Below are positions 45,072 to 53,416 of a stretch of DNA of 53,416 nt, one piece after another. Origin of the DNA: a virus (taxonomy: Duplodnaviria > Caudoviricetes). Under the pieces are notes generated by a model that ran no database searches, had not been told where the DNA came from, and saw only the letters and a list, made by a program, of their open reading frames with translations. The stretch's first letter is position 1. The number at the start of each line of letters is the position of its first letter. The stretch spans positions 1-53,416 of IMG/VR virus record IMGVR_UViG_3300033998_000181; one strand, 5' to 3'. A program made the translations under genes and the position numbers.

Positions 45072-47450
45072 ATGTCACAATGGTCTCATTTATGTAAAGG
45101 ATGTGTATATGAGCGTTATCCAAAGATACCGCCTAGTCCTTTAAAAGGGGCTAGGCTCGCTATTGTTGGCGAAGCACCAGGTGTAATAGAACTTGCACGC
45201 AAGAAACCTTTTGTAGGGCCTTCAGGGGAGTTGTTGAGGAAAACGTTTCAGCACGTAGGGTTGCCTAATTTAGACGAAGTCTTTATAACCAATGCACTCT
45301 TATGTCGACCTCCTAAAGGTCAGATCAACAAACAAGCAGTGAGCTTGTGTAGTCGAAGGTTAATCGATGAACTCGTCAGAGTGAGTCCTAGAGTAATAAT
45401 TGCTTTCGGTAATACTGCGATTCATGCATTGACGGGTGACTTCAAGTTAAAGATAACTCAAATACAAGGACAGGTGTTACAGTCTGACTTACTAAAACCT
45501 TGCAACCCTGCTATTGTACCAGTGTTGCATCCGGCAGCAGTGCTTCGTGCTGGAGGCGCCTTTGGGCAATTTGTACAGGCGTTGCGCAGAGCATACGAAG
45601 TATACGTCACAGGAGAAGTAAGAAAGTTGCCCGAGCCGACATTTACAGTCATCGAAAACGGAGCTATGTTAGAACGTGCAATTAAAGGACTAGTCAAACG
45701 TCCCTTGCTTGGCGGGGACATTGAAACCCACGGTAACCCTCGTACTGGACGTATATTGTGCTTAGGTGTGTGCTGGAACGAACCAAAAGGGACGGATCCT
45801 GAACCGGGACGAGTATTGATTTTCCCAGAGGATATGATTCCGTACACCAAACCACTCCTCGAGCACCCTTACCCTAAGTGGATATGGCAAGGTGGAAAGT
45901 ATGATATGGAATGGCTATGGGAGAGAGGCATTAAAGCGCGACTCGATCACGATACTATGATGTTACACTACGCTCTCTGCGAACAAACTGGTACTCATGG
46001 GCTAGATAAGTTGTCGGTGCTCTACCTGGGTGACGAGCCTTATAAGCATGTAGTTCGTGACTACAGTAAAGGCAAGAAAAAAGAAGGCTTCGGCGATGTA
46101 CCGAAGGAAGTGTTGTATCCTTACTTGGCAAAAGACGTAGACAGAATGGTACGTCTGTTCCATATATTCTACCCAAAGGTTATGTCAGACAGAGACCTTA
46201 TGAAATTGTACTACAGACTATTACTTCCAGCGAATCGTTTCCTTGTTAAAGTACAAAGCAGAGGACTCCTGGTAAACTTCGAAGAATTAGAGGAGGAAGA
46301 TGCGCGTCTACAGGAGGAAATAGAACAATTAGAGAGGGAGATTATAGAGCTAGCAGCGCCCTACTGGGACCCTGACGAGTACTTAGCACAAACAGACAGG
46401 AAAACAGCGACAGAAATTTTCAAGCCCAGTAGTACGTACCAGTTGGCGTGGCTGTTGTATGAAAAACTAGGATTACGTGCCAAGTATATGAAGGGGAGGA
46501 GTACCAAAGAAGAGGTTCTCGAGCAGTTAAAGGGACAACATCCAATAGTAGACAAGATTTTGGAGTATCGTGAGGTCAAAAAGTTACATTCGACGTACAT
46601 TAGAGGTACCCAAAAATGGATTGAGGAGGACGGTAGAGTACATACAGGATACAAGGTACACGGTACCGTCACGGGAAGGTTAAGTTCAAGCCAACCTAAT
46701 GTTCAAAACATACCAAAGAAGATTCGTAGAATCTATCACGCGCCTCCCGGATTCGTTTTAATTGATGCTGACTATAGCGGCGCCGAGTTACGCATACTAG
46801 CGTACGTTAGCGGCGACAAAGAACTGGTACAGATTTTTAAGGAAGGACGCAGCTTGCATAAGGAAGTGGCTAGAGAGTTCTTCGGCCCTAACTATACAGA
46901 TGAGCAGTACATGAGGGCGAAAGCAGTAAACTTTGGCATAGCCTATGGTAGGACAGCGTTCTCGCTATCCGTCGAGATGGACATTCCTCAAGAAGAAGCA
47001 CAATCGTATATCGATCGCTGGTATGCGCGGTTCCCTGAAGCGCATAAATACTTGTTAGAGTGCGATGCAGCTGCACGTCGTGGAGAAGTACTCGTTACTG
47101 ACTTAGGCAGAAAGCGGAGATTTGGTCTCGTGACACCTGAGAACGTAGATACTCTAGAAAATGAAGCACGTAACTTTAGAATCCAATCACTAGCGAGTGA
47201 TATGACGCTTATCTCTGCTATACGCATGGATCCACTTATCAATCGTTGGGGCGCTCGAGTTGTAAACTTGGTTCATGACAGTATTGTCATTGAGTGTCCT
47301 ATTACCGAAGTAAAAAGAACAATTCGTCTTGCACACAACATCATGGTACGTACGCCTAGAGAAATATTAAAGACAGACATCCCATTCGAAGCTGAGTTCA
47401 AAGTAGGCTTTGTTTGGGGTAAAGACATGATGGAATTTAAAGTCGAGTAG
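45072..47450 (+). CDS. polA: Family A DNA polymerase with N-terminal family-4 UDG-like domain and 3'-5' exonuclease
   Basis: UDG: C..C, GEAPG..E, PFVG.SG, NA..CRP, HPA. Exonuclease: DIET, KYD, Y...D. Polymerase: TGRLSS, DYS.AELR, KAVNFGI.YG, VHDS. Confidence 0.93.
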   Translation: MSQWSHLCKGCVYERYPKIPPSPLKGARLAIVGEAPGVIELARKKPFVGPSGELLRKTFQHVGLPNLDEVFITNALLCRPPKGQINKQAVSLCSRRLIDELVRVSPRVIIAFGNTAIHALTGDFKLKITQIQGQVLQSDLLKPCNPAIVPVLHPAAVLRAGGAFGQFVQALRRAYEVYVTGEVRKLPEPTFTVIENGAMLERAIKGLVKRPLLGGDIETHGNPRTGRILCLGVCWNEPKGTDPEPGRVLIFPEDMIPYTKPLLEHPYPKWIWQGGKYDMEWLWERGIKARLDHDTMMLHYALCEQTGTHGLDKLSVLYLGDEPYKHVVRDYSKGKKKEGFGDVPKEVLYPYLAKDVDRMVRLFHIFYPKVMSDRDLMKLYYRLLLPANRFLVKVQSRGLLVNFEELEEEDARLQEEIEQLEREIIELAAPYWDPDEYLAQTDRKTATEIFKPSSTYQLAWLLYEKLGLRAKYMKGRSTKEEVLEQLKGQHPIVDKILEYREVKKLHSTYIRGTQKWIEEDGRVHTGYKVHGTVTGRLSSSQPNVQNIPKKIRRIYHAPPGFVLIDADYSGAELRILAYVSGDKELVQIFKEGRSLHKEVAREFFGPNYTDEQYMRAKAVNFGIAYGRTAFSLSVEMDIPQEEAQSYIDRWYARFPEAHKYLLECDAAARRGEVLVTDLGRKRRFGLVTPENVDTLENEARNFRIQSLASDMTLISAIRMDPLINRWGARVVNLVHDSIVIECPITEVKRTIRLAHNIMVRTPREILKTDIPFEAEFKVGFVWGKDMMEFKVE

Positions 47451-47479
47451 AAAGGAGGGATAAAGATGTACAAAACAAG

Positions 47480-47659
47480 GTGGAGGCTTTCTTGAAGGAG
47501 TTATCAGAGTTAACTCAAAAGTATGGACTTGTTATCGAGTCCTGTGGGTGCTGCAACGGTCCTTGGTTAAGAGATCTACACAAAGACAAAGTTGTAGCCC
47601 GCTTGATTATGTTTGACAAAGAGAAACAAAAGTATGAGAAATTTGAGTTTAGCAAATAG
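47480..47659 (+). CDS. Hypothetical protein (CGCC motif)
   Basis: VEAFLKELSELTQKYGLVIESCGCCNGPWL...; fills the polA-nrdJ gap; start uncertain. Confidence 0.5.
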   Translation: MEAFLKELSELTQKYGLVIESCGCCNGPWLRDLHKDKVVARLIMFDKEKQKYEKFEFSK

Positions 47660-47673
47660 ACAGGAGGGGTAAT

Positions 47674-49848
47674 ATGAACAAATGGACGGCTCAACGCGAC
47701 ATTGTGTTTAAGGATCGTTATGCTTTAAGAGATGAAAACGGCAATCTAATCGAAACTACACCTGAGCAAATGTGGAGAAGAGTTGCTAACACTGTTGGCC
47801 AAAATGCAGGAGAGAGAATGCAATTTTATGAGATTCTCAAAGACTTCAAATTTGTGCCAGGCGGGAGGATACTCTCAGGGGCTGGCACAGAGCGCTTAGT
47901 GACGTTCTACAACTGCTACGTTATCCCCGTACGGTCCTCTGACCCATCAAAAGGGAACGACAGTCGTCAGGGGATAATGGACACCATAAAAACCATAGTT
48001 GAAATCACGTCACGCGGCGGCGGTGTCGGAGTGAACTGGTCAACTTTGAGACCTAGAGGTGCTTATGTCAAAGGCGTCAATGGTACCAGTTCAGGGCCAG
48101 TAAGTTGGATGATAGGAGCCGACGCTATTATACAGCAAGTAGAGCAAGGCGGCTCTAGACGTGGTGCGCAAATGTACATGCTTGATGACTGGCATCCTAG
48201 CGTTATTGAATTTATCCAAGCGAAACAGGATTTGAAAGTGATACAAAGTGCAAACTTGTCTGTAGGCGTATCAGATAAGTTCATGAAAGCAGTTGAGAAG
48301 GATGAAGATTGGACTTTCATTTTCCCTGATACAAAACATCCTGACTACAACAAGGTGTGGAACGGCGACATTCAAGAATGGCTTGACCGCGGCTTGCCTG
48401 TTGTAGAGTATGGTACCATTGGGGCGCGCGAACTCTGGAACATGATTTGTGAGTCTGCATGGAAGTGCGGTGAACCTGGTGTCGTCTGGACAGAACGGTA
48501 CAATAAAATGTCCAACACCTGGTACCTTGAACGTATTAGATGTGTCAACCCTTGTGGTGAGCAAGGACTAGGTGAATGGGGTGTATGTAACTTAGGATCT
48601 ATAAATTTGGCAGCCTTTGTCAAGAATAATAAGTTAGATTTCGAGAGCTTAGGAAGTACTATAGCTGTTGCTGTCAGGTTCCTCGACAATGTTATAGAAA
48701 TCAATCAGTACATCAATGAAGAAATGAAAAACCATCAGTTTAAGGTGAGACGCGTCGGCTTAGGTACCATGGGGTTGGCAGATGCGTTATTGTTACTTGG
48801 ACTACGATATGGCAGTGATGAAGCAGCCAGCTTCGTAGAGCTTTTGTTTAAGTTTATACGAGACGAAGCGTACAAGGCGAGCATACAGTTGGCTAAAGAA
48901 CGCGGCCCGGCACCAGGCTTCGACAAAGAGAAGTACTTACAAGGCGAATTTATACAACGACTTCCACAGGAAATTATTGAATCGATTGCCACGCACGGGA
49001 TACGTAACTTGGTCTTGCTAACACAGGCACCAACTGGTACTACGTCAATATTGGCTGGCGTCAGCTCTGGTATTGAACCTATCTATAGTTGGACTTATAA
49101 ACGTAAGGATCGTACCGGAGAACACATTGTTAAGCACCCACTGTACGAGCAGTATGAAGGCAAAGAACTTCCCAGCTACTTTGTAACTGCTATGGAACTT
49201 ACACCTGAAGAGCATGTACGAATGCAAGCGGCTATACAGAAATATGTCGATAGCAGTATCAGTAAGACTGTTAACGCACCTCAAAACCATACTGTAGATC
49301 AAGTTAAAAAGTTATTCACACTAGCATATAAATTAGGTTGCAAGGGGATTACTTACTACAGGGAAGGGTCAAGAGAAGGAGTATTACAAACAATTAAGGA
49401 GCAGTCATTAGAACCCTGTAAGAGGCCCAGGAAACTACAGGGGGTAACAGTCGATTGGGAGACGCCTCTAGGCAAACTGTTTGTAACTCTAAACAGAAAC
49501 CCGGAAGGAAGACCATTTGAAGTATTTTGTCAGATAGGTAAAGCTGGTTCAGATGTAGCTGCCTTTACAGAAGCGATCGCACGTCTTATTTCATTGTGTC
49601 TTAGAAGCGGGGTAGATATCAAACATGTTGTCGATCAACTCTACGGTATCGGCGGTTATATGCAGATAGGCTTCGGAGCTAACAGAGTACGTTCGGTGCC
49701 AGACGCGATCGCGCAAGCATTACATTACTTGATTGATGATAAAATAATAGGCACCGAACTTGGTATCTGTCCTTCTTGTGGCGCAGGCGCGCTAGTGCAA
49801 GAGGAAGGCTGCTCTAAATGTATGAGCTGCGGTTACAGCCAATGCTAA
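47674..49848 (+). CDS. nrdJ: Class II (B12-dependent) ribonucleotide reductase with C-terminal TSCPD/zinc ribbon
   Basis: PGGRIL, NCYV, GGGVG, QGG.RRGA, NPCGEQ, CNLGS, APTGT, SISKT.N, C-terminal CPSCG...C.KC..CGYS.C; no NrdB gene in the window. Confidence 0.9.
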   Translation: MNKWTAQRDIVFKDRYALRDENGNLIETTPEQMWRRVANTVGQNAGERMQFYEILKDFKFVPGGRILSGAGTERLVTFYNCYVIPVRSSDPSKGNDSRQGIMDTIKTIVEITSRGGGVGVNWSTLRPRGAYVKGVNGTSSGPVSWMIGADAIIQQVEQGGSRRGAQMYMLDDWHPSVIEFIQAKQDLKVIQSANLSVGVSDKFMKAVEKDEDWTFIFPDTKHPDYNKVWNGDIQEWLDRGLPVVEYGTIGARELWNMICESAWKCGEPGVVWTERYNKMSNTWYLERIRCVNPCGEQGLGEWGVCNLGSINLAAFVKNNKLDFESLGSTIAVAVRFLDNVIEINQYINEEMKNHQFKVRRVGLGTMGLADALLLLGLRYGSDEAASFVELLFKFIRDEAYKASIQLAKERGPAPGFDKEKYLQGEFIQRLPQEIIESIATHGIRNLVLLTQAPTGTTSILAGVSSGIEPIYSWTYKRKDRTGEHIVKHPLYEQYEGKELPSYFVTAMELTPEEHVRMQAAIQKYVDSSISKTVNAPQNHTVDQVKKLFTLAYKLGCKGITYYREGSREGVLQTIKEQSLEPCKRPRKLQGVTVDWETPLGKLFVTLNRNPEGRPFEVFCQIGKAGSDVAAFTEAIARLISLCLRSGVDIKHVVDQLYGIGGYMQIGFGANRVRSVPDAIAQALHYLIDDKIIGTELGICPSCGAGALVQEEGCSKCMSCGYSQC

Positions 49849-49949
49849 CCCTGGCTCGGGGAAACAATTTATTCCCCATCACTTAAAAATCAAGTGCTAG
49901 AGAAGTTATTTTCTAAACCATTTTAATCCAAATAATAAGACACCAGGTA

Positions 49950-50276
49950 TTAACCTGGTGTTTTATTATTTACTCGCGCAGTACGCACGTAGTTTAACAG
50001 TTCATAGATGACATCACTGCCGGCCGCGATCAGGAAGCCTGTTATGGTGATTTCTACCCAAGCATGCTTCACTGCTAAGCCCAAAGCACCCAAAATACCG
50101 GTGTTAGTTTCGTACGCTAACAGAACACCTAAAATAACCGACACTGTAATAGAAGTATACCTATGAAAGTTCTCAGGAAGCTTCAAATATTGTGTCCAAA
50201 GTTTAATTAGATCAACTACTACCTTAACAACAAACGACAAAGCTATAATCAACGAAACAGTTTGTTCGTTCACCAT
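49950..50276 (-). CDS. Holin
   Basis: 108 aa with about three hydrophobic segments, ITG..IA.GS; follows the endolysin. Confidence 0.75.
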   Translation of the reverse strand: MVNEQTVSLIIALSFVVKVVVDLIKLWTQYLKLPENFHRYTSITVSVILGVLLAYETNTGILGALGLAVKHAWVEITITGFLIAAGSDVIYELLNYVRTARVNNKTPG

Positions 50277-50897
50277 TTATGATTCTCCTTTCAAATACTT
50301 TATCGCCTTCACTACCATGGAGATTACCTCTGCACGTGTTGGATGATCGTCTGGCCTTATAGTTCCGTCGGGGTATCCTCCAACAATTCCCATCTTTATG
50401 GCTGCTTCAATATCTGCTTCAGCCCAATGATCCTTATAGTCTTTGTCGTCCAGTTGAGCGTATAGTCTATCCATCCATCGAGCCACCTTCTCTGCCCATT
50501 TCGGATCGGAAGCATAGCTTACGTTCATACCACGAAGTGTTGGCCCATGATAATGCCTACCTCCAGGAGTGAGATAGTGCTTCTTCATGTATCCAGCGCA
50601 ATAGTCGATACAATGTTCAAAAGAGTTAAACCGCATGGCACTGCCGTATGGGTCTTTATCGTAAGCCATAAAACCAAACAGATTCTTCTTATCACGCGCG
50701 ATTTGACTACGTCCGAAGTCGCTTTCATGAATGGCTAAAGCTACCAGAAAGACTCCATTCATCTGGTACTTCTGTTCGGCATTCACGAATGCGTCTCCGA
50801 GCCCTTGTAACGGAGTGTCCTTAAAAAGAGCATCTAACTGTCGAGGGGACACCCTTGAAGGTGTATTCAAGTTCAAATCCAAGTATCGTTGAAAACT
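50277..50897 (-). CDS. Endolysin: GH73 glucosaminidase plus SLH domain
   Basis: ALAIHES..G.S, K.NLFG..AYD, YASD..WA; C-terminal HWA...I......GIV.GYPDGT.RPD..TRAE (SLH). Confidence 0.88.
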   Translation of the reverse strand, partial: SFQRYLDLNLNTPSRVSPRQLDALFKDTPLQGLGDAFVNAEQKYQMNGVFLVALAIHESDFGRSQIARDKKNLFGFMAYDKDPYGSAMRFNSFEHCIDYCAGYMKKHYLTPGGRHYHGPTLRGMNVSYASDPKWAEKVARWMDRLYAQLDDKDYKDHWAEADIEAAIKMGIVGGYPDGTIRPDDHPTRAEVISMVVKAIKYLKGES

Positions 50898-50904
50898 CAT
50901 GACT

Positions 50905-51171
50905 TCACCTCCCAACTAACATGCCTATAACACCTATACAGATACCCAATAAAGTACACAAAATGGAAACGAATGCGGTACCCCATGGAGGCAGTCGATT
51001 GCTGTACATCGTCAAGATTGCGTTCAACTTATCATAGATGTCGGTTACCGTGTCTCTTTGATCTCTTTCGTGTTCTTCAAAGTCTGCCCGTAGCCGGTCA
51101 ACTCTCTCTTTGATTGTAGCACCTCCATAAGGACACTTCAGAATCTCGGCAGCCGCTCCATTGCTAGACAA
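50905..51171 (-). CDS. Small membrane protein of the lysis cassette (XhlA-like)
   Basis: Coiled-coil N-terminus with one C-terminal TM helix. Confidence 0.55.
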   Translation of the reverse strand: MSSNGAAAEILKCPYGGATIKERVDRLRADFEEHERDQRDTVTDIYDKLNAILTMYSNRLPPWGTAFVSILCTLLGICIGVIGMLVGR

Positions 51172-51187
51172 CGTAGCGCCTCCTCCC

Positions 51188-52255
51188 TTAAAGTGTTATG
51201 GTTACTTTTCGAGTCTTTTCGTCCCACTCCACTCGTGCGTTTAGTCCCTCTGCCACGAATCGAACCGGGACGAATGTGCGCCCGTCTTTAAGAAATGGAG
51301 CTACATCCATGGTACTTTTCAGCCCGTTCACTGTGTACTCTTTCTGTCCTATAGTCATTACGACTTCGCGTGGGACGGTGTCATCAGCATGAAAGCGACC
51401 GAAGCTGAAAACACCGAAACCATAACGTTCGTCCTTACCAGGTACACCTAAGTCATCTGCGTACAAATTCAACGCTACTCGGATCTCTTCAGGTGCCAGC
51501 TTCCTTCCGAAACGTTTCAGCGCTTTTGCTTGTAGGATTGCACAAGCACCTGCAATGTGCGGACACGCCATGCTGGTACCAGAAAGGAGGGCATACTGAC
51601 CGTTTAGATAAGTACTGTAGACATCTACTCCTGCGGCTGCCAAGTCCAATTCTAAGCCGTAAGCGGACCATTCGGCAGGCTTCTTGTCGATATCGACTGC
51701 AGCGACGGCAAGAACTTCTGGATACTTTGCTGGATATAAAACACCATAATCTCTGCCGAAGTTACCTGCAGCAGCTACCATGACGATGCCTGCTTCGTAA
51801 CACTTTTTGATTTCCTGACGTATCGAACTGTCGTCGGAGGGACTACCGAAAGACATCGATATGATATCTATTTTGTTCTTTTGACACCACTGTAAGGCTC
51901 CTGCTATTGCAGCAGGCGAGGCGCTTCCTTGATCAGGAAAAACCTTCAAGGTAACAAGCTCGACTTCTGGTGCTACACCTTTAATTTTCCCATTTGCAGC
52001 AATAATACCACAACAGTGAGTAGAGTGACCGCGACGATCTTCTACACCAGTACCAGTAAAGTCGACGTAATCAGCAATACGCAAGTCCGAATGGTTAGGT
52101 TTACCAGTGTCAATAACTGCAACTTTGATTCCCTTTCCTTTTGTTTCAGGCCACTCCAACGGGGCGCCAATCATCTGCACACCGTAAGGAATCTCTGGCG
52201 GTGCTTCAGACTGAACGTCTACTACGTGAAAGTAGGGTAACCGAAACTCGCACAA
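51188..52255 (-). CDS. Subtilisin (S8) protease with C-terminal copper-amine-oxidase-N (stalk)-like domain
   Basis: Triad VAVIDTG / GHSTHCCG / GTSMACPH with oxyanion AAGN; C-terminal IG...VNG...MDVAP...GRTFVPVRFVAE.L.A.V.WD; no signal peptide visible. Confidence 0.9.
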   Translation of the reverse strand: MCEFRLPYFHVVDVQSEAPPEIPYGVQMIGAPLEWPETKGKGIKVAVIDTGKPNHSDLRIADYVDFTGTGVEDRRGHSTHCCGIIAANGKIKGVAPEVELVTLKVFPDQGSASPAAIAGALQWCQKNKIDIISMSFGSPSDDSSIRQEIKKCYEAGIVMVAAAGNFGRDYGVLYPAKYPEVLAVAAVDIDKKPAEWSAYGLELDLAAAGVDVYSTYLNGQYALLSGTSMACPHIAGACAILQAKALKRFGRKLAPEEIRVALNLYADDLGVPGKDERYGFGVFSFGRFHADDTVPREVVMTIGQKEYTVNGLKSTMDVAPFLKDGRTFVPVRFVAEGLNARVEWDEKTRKVTITL

Positions 52256-52336
52256 TGTATATTCCTCCCTTCGAGTAGTTAATACATGATTTTAATATTC
52301 ATAAACTACACCTTCTATTATATTGTATATTAAGTC

Positions 52337-52462
52337 CTATTGTGTAGAAGCTAATCTACGCTCTACTTCTGCTTTATAATCTGGATCCTTGATTTGATCA
52401 ACAGTTAACTTACCATCCTTTATTAACGTAATAAGTGCCTGAACATAACTTTCCAATAACAT
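52337..52462 (-). CDS. 41-aa protein, XkdX-like position
   Basis: MLLESYVQALITLIKDGKLTVDQIKDPDYKAEVERRLASTQ; TAATG overlap with the upstream gene. Confidence 0.6.
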   Translation of the reverse strand: MLLESYVQALITLIKDGKLTVDQIKDPDYKAEVERRLASTQ

Positions 52463-52764
52463 TAGATAATACCCTCCTTTTCCAACATCATTAGCATGAG
52501 TGCACTCATCTTGTCATTTTGTTCTTCAATAGCCTCTTCTGGCGTCAAGGGTCTATCGACGAACTCGTACCAAAACTCACCAGTTTGGGGGTTACAATAC
52601 TCAAGTGCTGTCTTACCTTTTTGATAAGGCTTCGCTGGTATTTCATCAATAGTAATGTACGGCATGTTAATTTCTGCTAGCTCTTCTGGAGTCGGTTCCC
52701 TAAAGTAAATCAACATTACTCTAGCTTTGGTATCAGTTTCCTTTTCGTAAAATAACCACTTCAT
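52462..52764 (-). CDS. Tail-fibre-associated protein / assembly chaperone
   Basis: 100 aa directly after the fibre; P...GK...Y.NP.T.E.WYE..DRPLT.EE motif. Confidence 0.6.
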   Translation of the reverse strand: MKWLFYEKETDTKARVMLIYFREPTPEELAEINMPYITIDEIPAKPYQKGKTALEYCNPQTGEFWYEFVDRPLTPEEAIEEQNDKMSALMLMMLEKEGII

Positions 52765-52775
52765 AACGATACCTC

Positions 52776-53416
52776 CTAACCTGTTATTTTTAATTTATCT
52801 ATAAACTTAGTTACTGTAAAAAATCCACTGGTAGTGAGACCAACAAAACAACCGCTAATGTTAGAGCCTGGGATTGCAGATATACTGTATATATAACCAT
52901 CCGAGTAGGCCCACTCTTGGGCACCACTAGAATTGATCTTACGAACTGTTCTATCTCTTGAACCGCTAAAACATCCACCATCAGTAGGGTGCGCCGACAC
53001 ACTACCCACAGTATTGGTGTGTCCTGTAAAAGACCATACTTGAGCTCCACTAGAATTGATCTTACGAACTGTTCTATCTCTTGAACCGCTAAAACATCCA
53101 CCATCAGTAGGATGTGCAGACACACCGTACACAGTACTGGTGTGACCTGTAAAAGACCATTCTTGAGCACCACTAGAATTGATCTTACGAACCGTGTTAT
53201 CGTCTGAACCGCTAAAACATCCACCATCAGTAGGATGTGCAGACACACCGTACACAGTACTGGTGTGACCTGTAAAAGACCATTCTTGAGCACCACTAGA
53301 ATTGATCTTACGAACTGTTCTATCTCTTGAACCGCTAAAACATCCACCATCAGTAGGGTGCGCCGACACACTACCCACAGTATTGGTGTGTCCTGTAAAA
53401 GACCATACTTGAGCTC
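52776..53416 (-). CDS. Tail fibre C-terminal part (WD40-like repeats), continuing the gene at 1-1234
   Basis: Same 41-aa repeats, open from the window end, finishing with one degenerate blade-like segment and a stop at 52776. Confidence 0.85.
   Translation of the reverse strand, partial: AQVWSFTGHTNTVGSVSAHPTDGGCFSGSRDRTVRKINSSGAQEWSFTGHTSTVYGVSAHPTDGGCFSGSDDNTVRKINSSGAQEWSFTGHTSTVYGVSAHPTDGGCFSGSRDRTVRKINSSGAQVWSFTGHTNTVGSVSAHPTDGGCFSGSRDRTVRKINSSGAQEWAYSDGYIYSISAIPGSNISGCFVGLTTSGFFTVTKFIDKLKITG
52902..53416 (-). repeat. Four more 123-bp WD40-like repeats (A, B, hybrid, A) plus a partial unit
   Basis: Units begin at 53393, 53270, 53147 and 53024 on the minus strand. Confidence 0.95.

Noticed and set aside
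52811-53371. Second minus-strand frame open across the WD40 repeats
   Set aside because: A stop-free alternative frame is simply propagated by the repeat; no RBS or recognisable protein pattern.

Overview
This window looks like a near-complete ~53 kb tailed dsDNA phage genome (siphovirus-like), with the contig opened inside a tail-fibre gene. The two ends carry the N- and C-terminal parts of that gene, built from near-identical 123-bp (41-aa) WD40-like repeats. The minus strand (~1-20.4 kb and 49.9-53.4 kb) carries packaging genes (TerS, TerL with a class 3 intein, portal), head, tail and lysis genes. The lysis module is holin, GH73-SLH endolysin and an unusual subtilisin with a cell-wall-type C-terminal domain. 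The 20.4-26.4 kb region holds small early genes, repeated palindromes and an AT-rich origin-like region. The 26.4-49.8 kb region covers replication and nucleotide metabolism: prim-pol/helicase, HNH, ligase, ThyX, RuvC-like, dCMP deaminase, SF2 helicase, Cas4-like, Sak4-like, SSB-like, MazG-like, NMP kinase, a 7-deazaguanine cluster (queC-queD-queE-folE-dpdA-like), UDG-fused PolA and class II RNR. I see no integrase, CI-like repressor, tRNA or CRISPR array. The SLH/stalk domains, sigmaA-type promoters and strong AGGAGG RBSs suggest a Bacillota host with an S-layer (inference). All calls come from motif recognition by eye; no database searches were run. Best novelty candidates: (1) a tail fibre ending in a concertedly evolving, shuffled WD40 propeller resembling fungal HET-E sensors, (2) possible nucleotide-pool-level 7-deazaguanine substitution, and (3) a protease in the lysis cassette that may attack the S-layer.
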